Part shown: positions 1-11,195 of the stretch, in pieces
How positions within the stretch are numbered: position 1 is the first letter of the stretch
Layout of the letters: each line of letters opens with the position of its first letter
NCBI GenBank assembly: GCA_963693365.1
Contig: CAVNZM010000009.1
Span: forward strand, 8,661,408-8,725,407
Direction of reading: 5' to 3'
Source of the DNA: Amoebidium appalachense
Taxonomy: Eukaryota; Protista; Ichthyosporea
Length of the DNA: 64,000 nucleotides
Position numbers and translations under genes: made by a program
Notes under the pieces: model-generated
What the model saw: the letters and a program-made list of their open reading frames with translations, nothing else
The model's database searches: none
What the model was told of the DNA's origin: nothing

Positions 1-338
1 CACGCAGTATGTCTACATCTTGGCCCTCAACCTGAAGGAATGGTTGGTAGTGCCCGACATTACTCAAGAGCTCATCAACCACCGCAGACCTGAGAATGGC
101 CACAGCCTCCTCCCGTGTGGTGTGCTGAGTAATGCCCAGACGGTCCGACAAGTCCCTTTGAAGTGCTGCCTCATTTGATTGGTCTGTCAGTGATAACACA
201 TTGCGCTCTATGTGCCGCAACACAGAATGGAAAAGACAGTTGCCGTCTGCAGGTGTGTCTTCCGCAGCGATACCCCAGACACGAATAATACGGTCACGGC
301 ATGCCATGGTCACTACCTCAGGCGGCCCTGCCCGTGCC
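1..338 (-). CDS. OTU-like cysteine protease (deubiquitinase-type) domain exon, probable C-terminal part of the Dada-like transposase; runs off the window edge
   Basis: Manual minus-strand translation (not in the ORF track because it is open to the edge) gives RIIRVWGIAAEDTPADGNCLFHSVLRHIE...ILRSAVVDELLSN. DGNCLF is the OTU catalytic Cys motif. Candidate acceptor ctgcAG at 344-339. Confidence 0.75.
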
Positions 339-1658
339 CTGCAGTGCAAAAGCCCCCATACTTCCAGTAAATACAGTTATTTGCCCATATGTTTTCTTTC
401 AATGCGCTATGCACTACTAATACGACGTATAGAACACACCACAACTGAAAGCCCTCCACCGGCATACAACATGCTTACCTATTTAGTCCAAAACTATATT
501 TTGGCGATCATTGTGCGAATGTGTGCGTGTGAAGGTGAGTGTGTGCAAATGTGCGTGTCTATGTCAACCTTTGCATTTTTTGATAGTGCACACATCTGTA
601 TGTGTTTTGAAGTTGGTGATAATGTAATACTTGTTGGTGACGCTTTCTGCAGAAAGGGGAAGGGTAGGTGTTGTTTTGTACGGGTCTAAGGGAGCAGAGT
701 GCACAGAGGTGTCATGTAAAACACGACTAACACATTAATGAGAGGGCAATCGGAGTTGTTCACGAGACATTGAAAGATTCAAACAACAACTGATTCTTTA
801 TTGTGCTCTCGGTTCCTTTTGTACTTGCGACTTATCACCTTATCACAACTAAAGAGGGAGAACCAATCGGTTCTATCAGAAGATAGAAAAACACATTCCG
901 ACAGAGCATACGCATTCCAACTTCCGATTAGGTTTTATTTGTGGAAATTATTGACATAAATATTTTTTTGGGTCTATGAAAACTACTCCGGGACGTGTGT
1001 TGCCTCTAGGGGGACATCCCCTTGGACGAAAGTGAACCTGCAATGGTTGTAAACCACGGCAAGCCCCCAGTCATCAATTTATTGATCCGTGAGGTCCATG
1101 TGCCCAAAAAACGGGGGAAGTCTTCGCCCCGTGAAAAAACAGCACGTATGTGTGGATCAATGGGGGTTGTGTGTGGGTGTAGGTGGGTGGGTGAAAAAGG
1201 AATATATAGCTGTAAGGCTGTGGATGCTAAACACAGAAGATGTGTTTGTAGCTTGCTGATCTGCTAAAAACTGTCGTGCTTATATACCTAAGCCTACCGA
1301 TCTGAGCCAATCAAAAATCGATCTAGTGATATGTGAAATCTGATCCGAGCCAATCATAACTCGGTCTAGTGATCTGTGGTATCTGATGTTTTGACTGGCT
1401 AATAGGTGCCCGTGTGCGGGCAGCCAACCGCTAACTGCTAAAACACGAAATGAAGCCTACATGGTTATGTTGGTACCGAACACCCATCCTACGTGTTTAC
1501 CCAGAAAAATATTTATGTCAATAATTTCCACAAATAAAACCTCTATGAAAACTACTCCGGGACGTGTGTTGCCTCTAGGGGGACATCCCCTTGGACGAAA
1601 GTGAACCTGCAATGGTTGTAAACCACGGCACGAGAGCAGTATGCTTGCTCCAAAGGTT

Positions 1659-2690
1659 TCACTTAAGAATAGAGGCGAATACACGTGTGGTGGTGGCAGC
1701 AATGGAGGCCGGACGAAGTCGGGTATAGATCAGGAAGCAGTCGGAGGACCACCTGCCGAGTTGTTTGATCCGGGAGTCGTCGACCCCGGCCTCAGCCAGT
1801 GCTGTGGCCCCCCCGATGCGGAGGCTGTGTCCGGCAAACCGGGAGGGTGAGAGGCCTGCCCGGGAGAGGAGGGCACGGAAATCGGCAGAGAAAGCACTCT
1901 TGGTGTAGGGGATGCCACCGAGACTGAAGAGGGGGTCGTTGGGTTGACCGGACGTTGTATCCAGGAACTGCCGGAGGAGATGGGCTGGGGAGAAGTGGGT
2001 GAGGGGCAGGGCAGCTAGGGTGACGTTGACACCTCGGGCCCGTACATCCGTCTTAGAGGTTGGCAGGTGGAGGGTGGCATGGGACAAAGTACCGGTGGGG
2101 GTGTAGCTGAAGGTCACGTCCTTCCGTTTAACGTGACGGGACGGGTCGAAAGAAGTCAGGGTCTTGGAGGTAAATTCCCCTGAACGGAGGAGACCACAGA
2201 AACCGACGATGAGGGCCGTCCATAGCCGGAGATTGGCCGAGGAGGCCTTGGTGGGGCACTGGCCATGGAGTAGGCGGAGGTGGGAGGGGAGGAGGGGTTC
2301 CCTGGTGGATGAGCGGGGTTGGATGTTGTGAGAAAGCTGCCATCGGCCCACCCCCCGTAGGAACCAGGCCAGAGACTTGTCGTGGGGGTAGGGAGCAGGG
2401 AGGCCCATGTCGAGGTGGAGCCTAGTGATGGCTGAATTGTAGCCGGTTAAGGAAGAGGCCTGTACCCCTTGTTGGGCACACCAGGCGAGAAAAAGTTGCA
2501 CGGTGTGTGGGGAGGCCGGGAGGGAGGACCCGGAGGAGGATTGCAGCCGAGATGCCACACAGAAATCGATGAACACTTTTTGCACCCGGGAGTAAAAGGC
2601 CCGAGAGTCGAGGTTGAGACTCAGGGCCTGGCATTCCTGCAGGGTAGTGGTGGCTCGAAGCAGCTCGGCCGGAGCAAAGTGGGGGGCCAA
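1659..2690 (-). CDS. Tyrosine recombinase of Ngaro retrotransposon (only uninterrupted YR copy in the window; start codon uncertain)
   Basis: Catalytic motifs LLRSGEF (R), SKTD (K), GHSLRIGGAT (HxxR) and LGRWSSDCFLIY (W, Y). Confidence 0.93.
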   Translation of the reverse strand: MAPHFAPAELLRATTTLQECQALSLNLDSRAFYSRVQKVFIDFCVASRLQSSSGSSLPASPHTVQLFLAWCAQQGVQASSLTGYNSAITRLHLDMGLPAPYPHDKSLAWFLRGVGRWQLSHNIQPRSSTREPLLPSHLRLLHGQCPTKASSANLRLWTALIVGFCGLLRSGEFTSKTLTSFDPSRHVKRKDVTFSYTPTGTLSHATLHLPTSKTDVRARGVNVTLAALPLTHFSPAHLLRQFLDTTSGQPNDPLFSLGGIPYTKSAFSADFRALLSRAGLSPSRFAGHSLRIGGATALAEAGVDDSRIKQLGRWSSDCFLIYTRLRPASIAATTTRVFASILK

Positions 2691-2721
2691 TCTGCCAGTG
2701 TTGCTCCGGAACGGGAGATCT

Positions 2722-2750
<29 letters not shown>

Positions 2751-2753
<3 letters not shown>

Positions 2754-3525
2754 GCCCAAGGGAAGGGATAGGAACTCGTGGACCCAGGAGGGGAAGGGGC
2801 AGGGCTCCGGTTGCAGGGAAGGTCGGAGTCGTCGGGCCCGGGGAAGTTGGTTACGAGAAATGGCATCGGCCAGATGGTTGAGGGGTCCTGGTAGGTAGGA
2901 TGCCTGTAACGTAAATTGGTATTGCATTTCCATGCGGGTGATGAACCGAATAAGTTTGGCCATCACGGGGTGCCACAGTGGGGGAAGACCGGGAGTGCAG
3001 GTCAGACACAGCACCCGTGTTGTCTCATAAAATACGGACATGGTGGGTGGACCAGGAGGGGCCCAGAGGGCCACGGCGGCTGCGATGGCCAGGAGTTCGA
3101 TGACGGAAGAACCGAGTTTACCCTCATGAGCATAGAGGGCTTGGGTGGAGGGGGACCAGGGCATGAAGAACCATTGGTCGAGCCAGTGGCCTCCTAGACC
3201 CACCGATCCGGCAGCATCAGTGGCCAGGGTGGTGTATGTGGGGGGTGTGATGAGGTGCACCCCATTCCATGATGTGAGGAACTGGTGCCATTCGGCTATG
3301 TCGGCCCGGGCGGCAGCAGTCAGTCGTATGTGGTGGTGGCCGGCAAGGTGTGGGTGGGTCCGGAGAAGGGCCCATAGGCGCTGGGAGAAGGCCCTCCCGG
3401 GGGGAACCAGCTGGGCACACCAGGTGAGTTTGCCGAGGAGGGACTGGAGGTCCCGAATGGTGATGGTGGGCTTTGGGTGGGAAGTGAGGTCGAGTAGGTC
3501 CGAGAGCTTGGAAGCCGGGATTCGT
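2751..3525 (-). pseudogene. RT C-terminus/RNase H fragment of Ngaro, frameshifted
   Basis: Motifs LATDAAGS, ELLAIAAAVALW and NHLADAISR; small indels relative to the 31000-32033 copy. Confidence 0.85.
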
Positions 3526-4535
3526 ACGTAGGATGGGTGTTCGATACCAACATAACCATGTAGGCTTCATTTCGTGTTTTAGCAGTTAGCGGTTGGCTGC
3601 CCGCACACGGGCACCTATTAGCCAGTCAAAACATCAGATACCACAGATCACTAGACCGAGTTATGATTGGCTCGGATCAGATTTCACATATCACTAGATC
3701 GATTTTTGATTGGCTCAGATCGGTAGGCTTAGGTATATAAGCACGACAGTTTTTAGCAGATCAGCAAGCTACAAACACATCTTCTGTGTTTAGCATCCAC
3801 AGCCTTACAGCTATATATTCCTTTTTCACCCACCCACCTACACCCACACACAACCCCCATTGATCCACACATACGTGCTGTTTTTTCACGGGGCGAAGAC
3901 TTCCCCCGTTTTTTGGGCACATGGACCTCACGGATCAATAAATTGATGACTGGGGGCTTGCCGTGGTTTACAACCATTGCAGGTTCACTTTCGTCCAAGG
4001 GGATGTCCCCCTAGAGGCAACACACGTCCCGGAGTAGTTTTCATAGAAACTAAAGTTTAGAAACTCTTACTTAAATAAATTAAGTAATTATACATCTAGT
4101 CACTATTAACTCACATATATATTTATGTTTGTCTCTATAAAGAAACTTATTTAAATACATATATTTCCTAATAGTCGACACTCTCAAAGTGAAGACACTT
4201 TGCAATAAACCGAATTCCATATATATCTATTGTCCAATCACAACACACATATATTAATAGACAGGAATGCACAACACAATCGACAGATGTACTCGCTCGC
4301 GACTATTGGCGAGCCATCCTTTTGAGAACAAAACTAAGCCATTTTGAAATAAAGGAAAGACAACGAGTGAGGCTAGCCAATCACGCTACCTCTCAGATAA
4401 ACAGAGGAGAGCAAACAGAAATAAAATACAATAAGTTCTTATCAGGCAAGAGAGCCAGGTGTGGCCACAGATCTACAGATATCTGTGCCCACAGAAACAA
4501 GGGAGAGAGAGATACGGGGGGGGGGGGGGGGGGGG

Positions 4536-4573
<38 letters not shown>

Positions 4574-5382
4574 ACAAAGAAGGAAAGCAGACACGAATAC
4601 AAACAAGCTAAGACACATACATACTTCAAGGCTCTTGCTGTCATACATGGTGACGTATTCCAACATCCCCACTCAAGGGGTTGAAGTTTGTGTTCTCGTG
4701 TCTGTTGATGTGACGGTAGATGAGGTCCAAACACAGGAGGGGCCGTCACACCCAAGTTTCCCCACTCGAGGATGCAAACCGAAGATCCTTGAGGTGGGAA
4801 GGAGAGAATCAAAACTGAAGAGGCACACAACGACGGTTGCCTCTGAAGACTCGGAACAATAAATCATGGTGGTTATCGTCGATATATATATATAGAGGAA
4901 ACACTAGTGTATGTGTGACGTGTTGGTGGCTAATGGGTTATACTGGGGACCACCCAGGTAAGCACAAGGCATGAACATCTTGTGGACTGATTTATAGACT
5001 GGTTGTCAACCAGTTAAGACACGGGGAAGGTGCATCCCGTGGACTAGGTTTAGACTGGCAGTCAACCAGCACGTCATGGCTATAGATAATTATTTATACT
5101 GGGACGCCATCCCAGTTCGACATATATATAAAGTCGAATATAGAAGAAAACCAATATATATGGTGGGATATGAATATAAATAAACGACGGATGGTGGAGA
5201 ATAATCCCCACTGAAGATGCACACACATGACGATGTAAGACAGAGTCCCCACTGATGAAGAGAAACGATGAGGAGTAGTAGACTTTCGTTGGGAGGCATC
5301 TTGAGCACCGTAGGTGTGTCAACTGCTGTCCAGGGCCCCAACCTACTCATAAACCACTCGATGATGAACACCAGTGCACGGG

Positions 5383-6000
5383 TCAGTCACGGAGACGGAG
5401 GTTGGCACGGTGTGTGTCGTGGGCCGGACCAGCCAGAGGCTTGGTGAAGATGTCGGCCAGGTTCTTCTTGGTGTCGATGTAGTTGACGACTACATCAAGG
5501 CTGGGTCGGGAGATGCTCACCATAGCCGTGGCTGGCCGGGAGGAGAGACGGGAGGAACGACGGGGGACGGGACGGAGGGGCTCAGGGGCCGGGGGGGTGT
5601 CTGGGACAGACACTCGGGGTTCGGGGATGGGAGCCTGGAAGGCGGGGATGGGTGCCGTGTTGAGGGGGGAGTCGGATGACACGGGGCTGGACGGGGCCGA
5701 GTGGAACTCCGGAGACCCAGGACGAACCGGGGTTAGATGACCAGGTACGTGGTCATTGACGGCAGGGGCCGGCTGTAGCAGGGGTTGCTGGCCGGTGGGG
5801 GGGTGGGTGGGTGGACCCACGGGGGCAGGCACACCGTGACGACGGGGGGGAACGACGGAGAATCACTGACGGAATCTCATCGTCATCGGAGTGAGGATCC
5901 AGGGACGGCAGTGATGGATCGATTGAGGTCGGCTGATTGGTGGCCGGCACAGAAATCTGATTGGATGCCGTGGTGAATTGTGATTCGTCGAAGACAGGGG
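5383..6000 (-). pseudogene. pol: Copia pol remnant: integrase tail/linker fused to RNase H C-terminus (RT deleted)
   Basis: VFDESQF (post-integrase motif), RRSSR linker and YIDTKKNLADIFTKPL (copia RNase H end). Confidence 0.8.
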
Positions 6001-7064
6001 CTTCGGAAACGGGGGCAGGCAGCACGGTAGGCTGGCTAGAAACGTGGATGGGAACGGCCGGACCTGGCAGCACGTGTTTCTTGCCGGGGTCGGGGGGTAA
6101 CGGGTGGGAAACAGCTGCAGGGGTAACTGGGGCCCGTGCAGGGTTTGGGGGAGCTGAGAGCTCGACGAGGCTGGCCACGTGATCGGAGGAAACTGCTGCC
6201 GGAATGCGGGGCAGATCAATGGAATGTGAGGGGTCCGGCGACAGTGACGGCACGGTGGTGGGAACAGGGTTGGAAATCCTGGAAGGGAGCATGTTGGACG
6301 ACATGGTAAACGGTTCTGGCAGGGACTCGGGGCCGGGACTCCTATGGAGTAGGAAAGCACAAAGTGCTTGGACTGTGTTGAACACGGGAGACTGGAAAGA
6401 AGTACCGAATTTGGGTACTTCAGATGGACTTGAGGGAGGATAGTCAAGTCGGATCGAGACGGGGTGTCAAATGATCGTCGATCGGAATGGAGCCGGGGTT
6501 TGAAATTTGACGAGTGATTGGGATTTCGATGTTATGGAATGGGAGCCTCCGGGGCAGACAGGGCGGCGCGGTGGAGACCACGTCGGGACAGGGGGACACG
6601 TCATGAAGTGTCAAAGAAGAACTTGGAGCGCGACGGCAGAACCAAGGTTTGACGTGACGGAGAGGAACCAGGACGGAACTGGAAGGAGGGCAAGCTCAAA
6701 CTTGCAAGGATGGCACGATTGTCAAGGCATGACAGAAGCTCTTGTCAAGATGAGTCAGATCTTGTCAAGGGGAGTGACGGAGGACCGGTTACGGCCGGTC
6801 GCGGGAGGAGCCGAGAGGCTAGATGACGGCGGGAAGTGCCAGAGACGGAATGTGCAGAAAAGCACAGACGGGTTTAGGGGACGCCAGGGAGAGATGTACA
6901 CGGCCTCAGAACCTAGAGGAAGGGGGGCGGCGTCAATTCACGGAATAGGCACTCAACGTTAACACGCAAGTGACCATTAGATGAGGTGCATGAGGAGCTG
7001 ACCACAGCTATGATGTGTACCAGGAATTTAACGATTGCTAGTGTGTTGCGAGAGGGTGCGAAAA

Positions 7065-7077
7065 TGGGCCTTTAACC
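7065..7077 (-). promoter_or_regulatory. Primer-binding site of the copia element
   Basis: GGTTAAAGGCCCA directly after the 5' LTR CAACA; resembles the GGTTATGGGCCCA PBS of copia elements primed by a tRNA fragment. Confidence 0.65.
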
Positions 7078-7826
7078 TGTTGTTTTGTATGGGTCTAAGG
7101 GAGCAGAGTGCACAGAGGTGTCATGTAAAACACGACTAACACATAAATGAGAGGGCAATCGGAGTTGTTCACGAGACATTGAAAGATTCAAACAACAACT
7201 GATTCTTTATTGTGCTCTCGGTTCCTTTTGTACTTGCGACTTATCACCTTATCACAACTAAAGAGGGAGAACCAATCGGTTCTATCAGAAGATAGAAAAA
7301 CACATTCCGACAGAGCATACGCATTCCAACTTCCGATTAAACTAAAGTTTAGAAACTCTTACTTAAATAAATTAAGTAATTATACATCTAGTCACTATTA
7401 ACTCACATATATATTTATGTTTGTCTCTATAAAGAAACTTATTTAAATACATATATTTCCTAATAGTCGACACTCTCAAAGTGAAGACACTTTGCAATAA
7501 ACCGAATTCCATATTCTATTGTCCAATCACAACACACATATATTAATAGACAGGAATGCACAACACAATCTACAGATATACTCGCTCGCGACTATTGGCG
7601 AGCCATCCTTTTGAGAACAAAACTAAGCCATTTTGAAATAAAGGAAAGACAACGAGTGAGGCTAGCCAATCACGCTACCTCTCAGATAAACAGAGGAGAG
7701 CAAACAGAAATAAAATACAATAAGTTCTTATCAGGCAAGAGAGCCAGGTGTGCACAGATCTACAGATATCTGTGCCCACAGAAACAAGGGAGAGAGAGAT
7801 ACGGGGGGGGGGGGGGGGGGGGGGGA

Positions 7827-7874
<48 letters not shown>

Positions 7875-7966
7875 ACAAAGAAGGAAAGCAGACACGAATA
7901 CAAACAAGCTAAGACACATACATACTTCAAGGCTCTTGCTGTCATACATGGTGACGTATTCCAACA
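7078..7966 (-). repeat. Copia 5' LTR
   Basis: TGTTG...CAACA, ~890 bp, with an internal G-run and (GA)n tract. Confidence 0.92.
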
Positions 7967-7973
7967 GTAGGTG

Positions 7974-8004
<31 letters not shown>

Positions 8005-8008
<4 letters not shown>

Positions 8009-8756
8009 GTTTTGTACGGGTCTAAGGGAGCAGAGTGCACAGAGGTGTCATGTAAAACACGACTAACACATTAATGTGAGGGCAATCGGAGTTGTTCACG
8101 AGACATTGAAAGATTTCAAACAACAACTGATTCTTTATTGTGCTCTCGGTTCCTTTTGTACTTGCGACTTATCACCTTATCACAACTAAAGAGGGAGAAC
8201 CAATCGGTTCTATCAGAAGATAGAAAAACACATTCCGACAGAGCATACGCATTCCAACTTCCGATTAAACTAAAGTTTAGAAACTCTTACTTAAATAAAT
8301 TAAGTAATTATACATCTAGTCACTATTAACTCACATATATATTTATGTTTGTCTCTATAAAGAAACTTATTTAAATACATATATTTCCTAATAGTCGACA
8401 CTCTCAAAGTGAAGACACTTTGCAATAAACCGAATTCCATATATATCTATTGTCCAATCACAACACACATATATTAATAGACAGGAATGCACAACACAAT
8501 CTACAGATGTACTCGCTCGCGACTATTGGCGAGCCATCCTTTTGAGAACAAAACTAAGCCATTTTGAAATAAAGGAAAGACAACGAGTGAGGCTAGCCAA
8601 TCACGCTACCTCTCAGATAAACAGAGGAGAGCAAACAGAAATAAAATACAATAAGTTCTTATCAGGCAAGAGAGCCAGGTGTGCACAGATCTACAGATAT
8701 CTGTGCCCACAGAAACAAGGGAGAGAGAGATAGCGGGGGGGGGGGGGGGGGGGGGG

Positions 8757-8798
<42 letters not shown>

Positions 8799-8890
8799 AC
8801 AAAGAAGGAAAGCAGACACGAATACAAACAAGCTAAGACACATACATACTTCAAGGCTCTTGCTGTCATACATGGTGACGTATTCCAACA
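8005..8890 (-). repeat. Extra tandem copy of the copia LTR
   Basis: Near-identical to 7078-7966; followed by the same GTAGGTGAG(TG)n spacer. Confidence 0.92.
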
Positions 8891-8894
8891 GTAG

Positions 8895-8929
<35 letters not shown>

Positions 8930-8933
<4 letters not shown>

Positions 8934-9678
8934 GTTTTGTACGGGTCTAAGGGAGCAGAGTGCACAGAGGTGTCATGTAAAACACGACTAACACATTAAT
9001 GAGAGGGCAATCGGAGTTGTTCACGAGACATTGAAAGATTTCAAACAACAACTGATTCTTTATTGTGCTCTCGGTTCCTTTTGTACTTGCGACTTATCAC
9101 CTTATCACAACTAAAGAGGGAGAACCAATCGGTTCTATCAGAAGATAGAAAAACACATTCCGACAGAGCATACGCATTCCAACTTCCGATTAAACTAAAG
9201 TTTAGAAACTCTTACTTAAATAAATTAAGTAATTATACATCTAGTCACTATTAACTCACATATATATTTATGTTTGTCTCTATAAAGAAACTTATTTAAA
9301 TACATATATTTCCTAATAGTCGACACTCTCAAAGTGAAGACACTTTGCAATAAACCGAATTCCATATATATCTATTGTCCAATCACAACACACATATATT
9401 AATAGACAGGAATGCACAACACGATCTACAGATGTACTCGCTCGCGACTATTGGCGAGCCATCCTTTTGAGAACAAAACTAAGCCATTTTGAAATAAAGG
9501 AAAGACAACGAGTGAGGCTAGCCAATCACGCTACCTCTCAGATAAACAGAGGAGAGCAAACAGAAATAAAATACAATAAGTTCTTATCAGGCAAGAGAGC
9601 CAGGTGTGCACAGATCTACAGATATCTGTGCCCACAGAAACAAGGGAGAGAGAGATACGGGGGGGGGGGGGGGGGGGG

Positions 9679-9714
<36 letters not shown>

Positions 9715-9826
9715 AAAGAGAAAAGAGAAAGAGCACAAAGAAGGAAAGCAGACACGAATACAAACAAGCTAAGACACATACATACTTCAAGGCTCTTGTT
9801 GTCATACATGGTGACGTATTCCAACA
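8930..9826 (-). repeat. Solo copia LTR inserted in a (TG)n tract
   Basis: TGTTG...CAACA, flanked by GTGTG on both sides (probable TSD). Confidence 0.9.
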
Positions 9827-9950
9827 GTGTGTGCGTGTGTGTGTGTGGTGGGCGCGCGTGTGTGGGAATACGCGGGCGGGGGGGGGGGGGGGGGGGGAGG
9901 TAAAAGTGCTTGCGCGCGTGCCTGTGTATGTGGTCGGGTGCCGTGTGTGT

Positions 9951-9987
<37 letters not shown>

Positions 9988-10014
9988 AGGGAGCTCAAGG
10001 TGCCCCCCTCCAAT

Positions 10015-10045
<31 letters not shown>

Positions 10046-10053
10046 AGACATAC

Positions 10054-10318
10054 GTTCGAGTCTGAAGAGAGCGTGCGTATTGCTTGTCAACAACAACCAC
10101 GGTTGTTGGGAGCCCCCCGGACTGTAGGTGAAGTGATGGGGGTAGTTGTTTGGCTAAGAGGTCCTTGGCTCTAAGCAAAATAGACACACCACGGGCGACA
10201 CCCATGAGCTGTCTGGGTGAAAGGGTGTGGCTAATGCTGTTATCCTCCTCGCTATCTGTAGAGTTGTCGGGCTTGCAGCCTAACAGGTCCAAGTCCTCCT
10301 CAATGGCGATGGACAGTT
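10054..10318 (-). CDS. Probable internal exon of the Dada-like transposase gene
   Basis: Non-repetitive open frame ELSIAIEEDLDLLG...ARSLQTR between acceptor ccAG (10320-10319) and donor GTATGT (10053). Splice phases fit both neighbouring exons. Confidence 0.55.
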
Positions 10319-10379
10319 CTGGTATGGTGTGGGTGTGGGTTTGGTGTAATGGTTGATGGTTTGGGCGGGGGGAAAAGGG

Positions 10380-10422
<43 letters not shown>

Positions 10423-10788
10423 CGTATGTGTGTGTGGGTGTGTGCGTGTACATGCATCATAATTCATCTAAAGCGGTTTAGAGAGAGGGTAGGCATGGTG
10501 GTTGTGTGGGTGGGGAGGGGAGAGAGGGGGCATCATCTGCGCGTGTTTGTGTGTGAGCGTGTGGGTGGGTGGGTGGGTGGGGGGGGGGAGGGGGACGGGT
10601 GGTTAGTTTACGCTTGCACTGATGAGTGTACAAGAAGAAACAACGGCAAGTTTTGGTTTATCAAACATGATTTCGCACAGGTTGCTGTCAAGCTGCAACC
10701 GAAAGCACACTTCCTTGCTTGGTATGTGTCTATACATCTCTTACTAGTAATTAATCCAAATTATATTTTGTGTGTTCTTTGTCATACC

Positions 10789-10823
<35 letters not shown>

Positions 10824-11143
10824 TCCTAATAAGGGTATATATGTGTGTGCGCACGTAGGGACCGGGGGGGGGGGGGGGGGGAGGAGGAGGGTGGGGAAGG
10901 GTGGGGGGGGGGGGGGGGGGGCCGGGGGGATTACGGGAAGGATGCCTTGTAATTTGTTTACCCCATCCATTAAAGACTTCTTGTATCCAATTCGTGGAAG
11001 ACAAAAACTTACAATGTGAAAGATAAACAGATGATCCCAGCCCAGAGTAGAAGAAGAAAATGTGTTTGTGTGGGTGTGTGGGTGGGTGTTGGTGGGTGGG
11101 TGTATGGGTGGAGAGGTGGGTGGGTGGGTGTGTGTATGTGTGT

Positions 11144-11179
<36 letters not shown>

Positions 11180-11195
11180 GAGAGAGAGGAGGCAC

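Larger units (their letters stand above)
973..3525 (-). mobile_element. 5'-truncated Ngaro-type DIRS retrotransposon (RT-end/RNase H, YR, B1-A2-spacer-B2)
   Basis: B2 at 973-1061, A2 at ~1191-1541, B1 at 1542-1630, then tyrosine recombinase and RNase H. Near-identical to the copies at 16558-20963 and 58380-61274. Confidence 0.92.
931..4047 (+). mobile_element. Solo Ngaro terminal unit (A-spacer-B), itself interrupted by a second Ngaro at 973-3525
   Basis: Starts GGTTTTATTTGTGG (repeat A) and ends TTTTCATAGA (repeat B). Inserted into the LTR without a TSD. A resumes at 3526 (ACGTAGGATGGG). Confidence 0.85.
669..4665 (-). repeat. Copia 3' LTR, interrupted by Ngaro sequences at 931-4047
   Basis: Matches the LTR at 7078-7966 once 931-4047 is removed (CCGATTA|AACTAAAG junction restored). 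Confidence 0.9.
669..7966 (-). mobile_element. Internally deleted (non-autonomous) Ty1/copia LTR retrotransposon
   Basis: Two ~890-bp LTRs with TGTTG...CAACA ends (669-4665, interrupted; 7078-7966). 5-bp TSD GTAGG at 664-668 and 7967-7971. Minus-strand PBS-like GGTTAAAGGCCCA next to the 5' LTR and PPT TTGAGTGGGGA next to the 3' LTR. Copia RNase H and integrase remnants inside. Confidence 0.9.

Noticed and set aside
201-689. 162-aa plus-strand ORF
   Set aside because: Antisense to the OTU exon and running into intron/LTR sequence; no motifs.
1022-1267. Recurrent MDESEPAM... ORFs (also at 3753, 16382, 28211 and 62660)
   Set aside because: Chance frames within the non-coding Ngaro B/spacer repeat.
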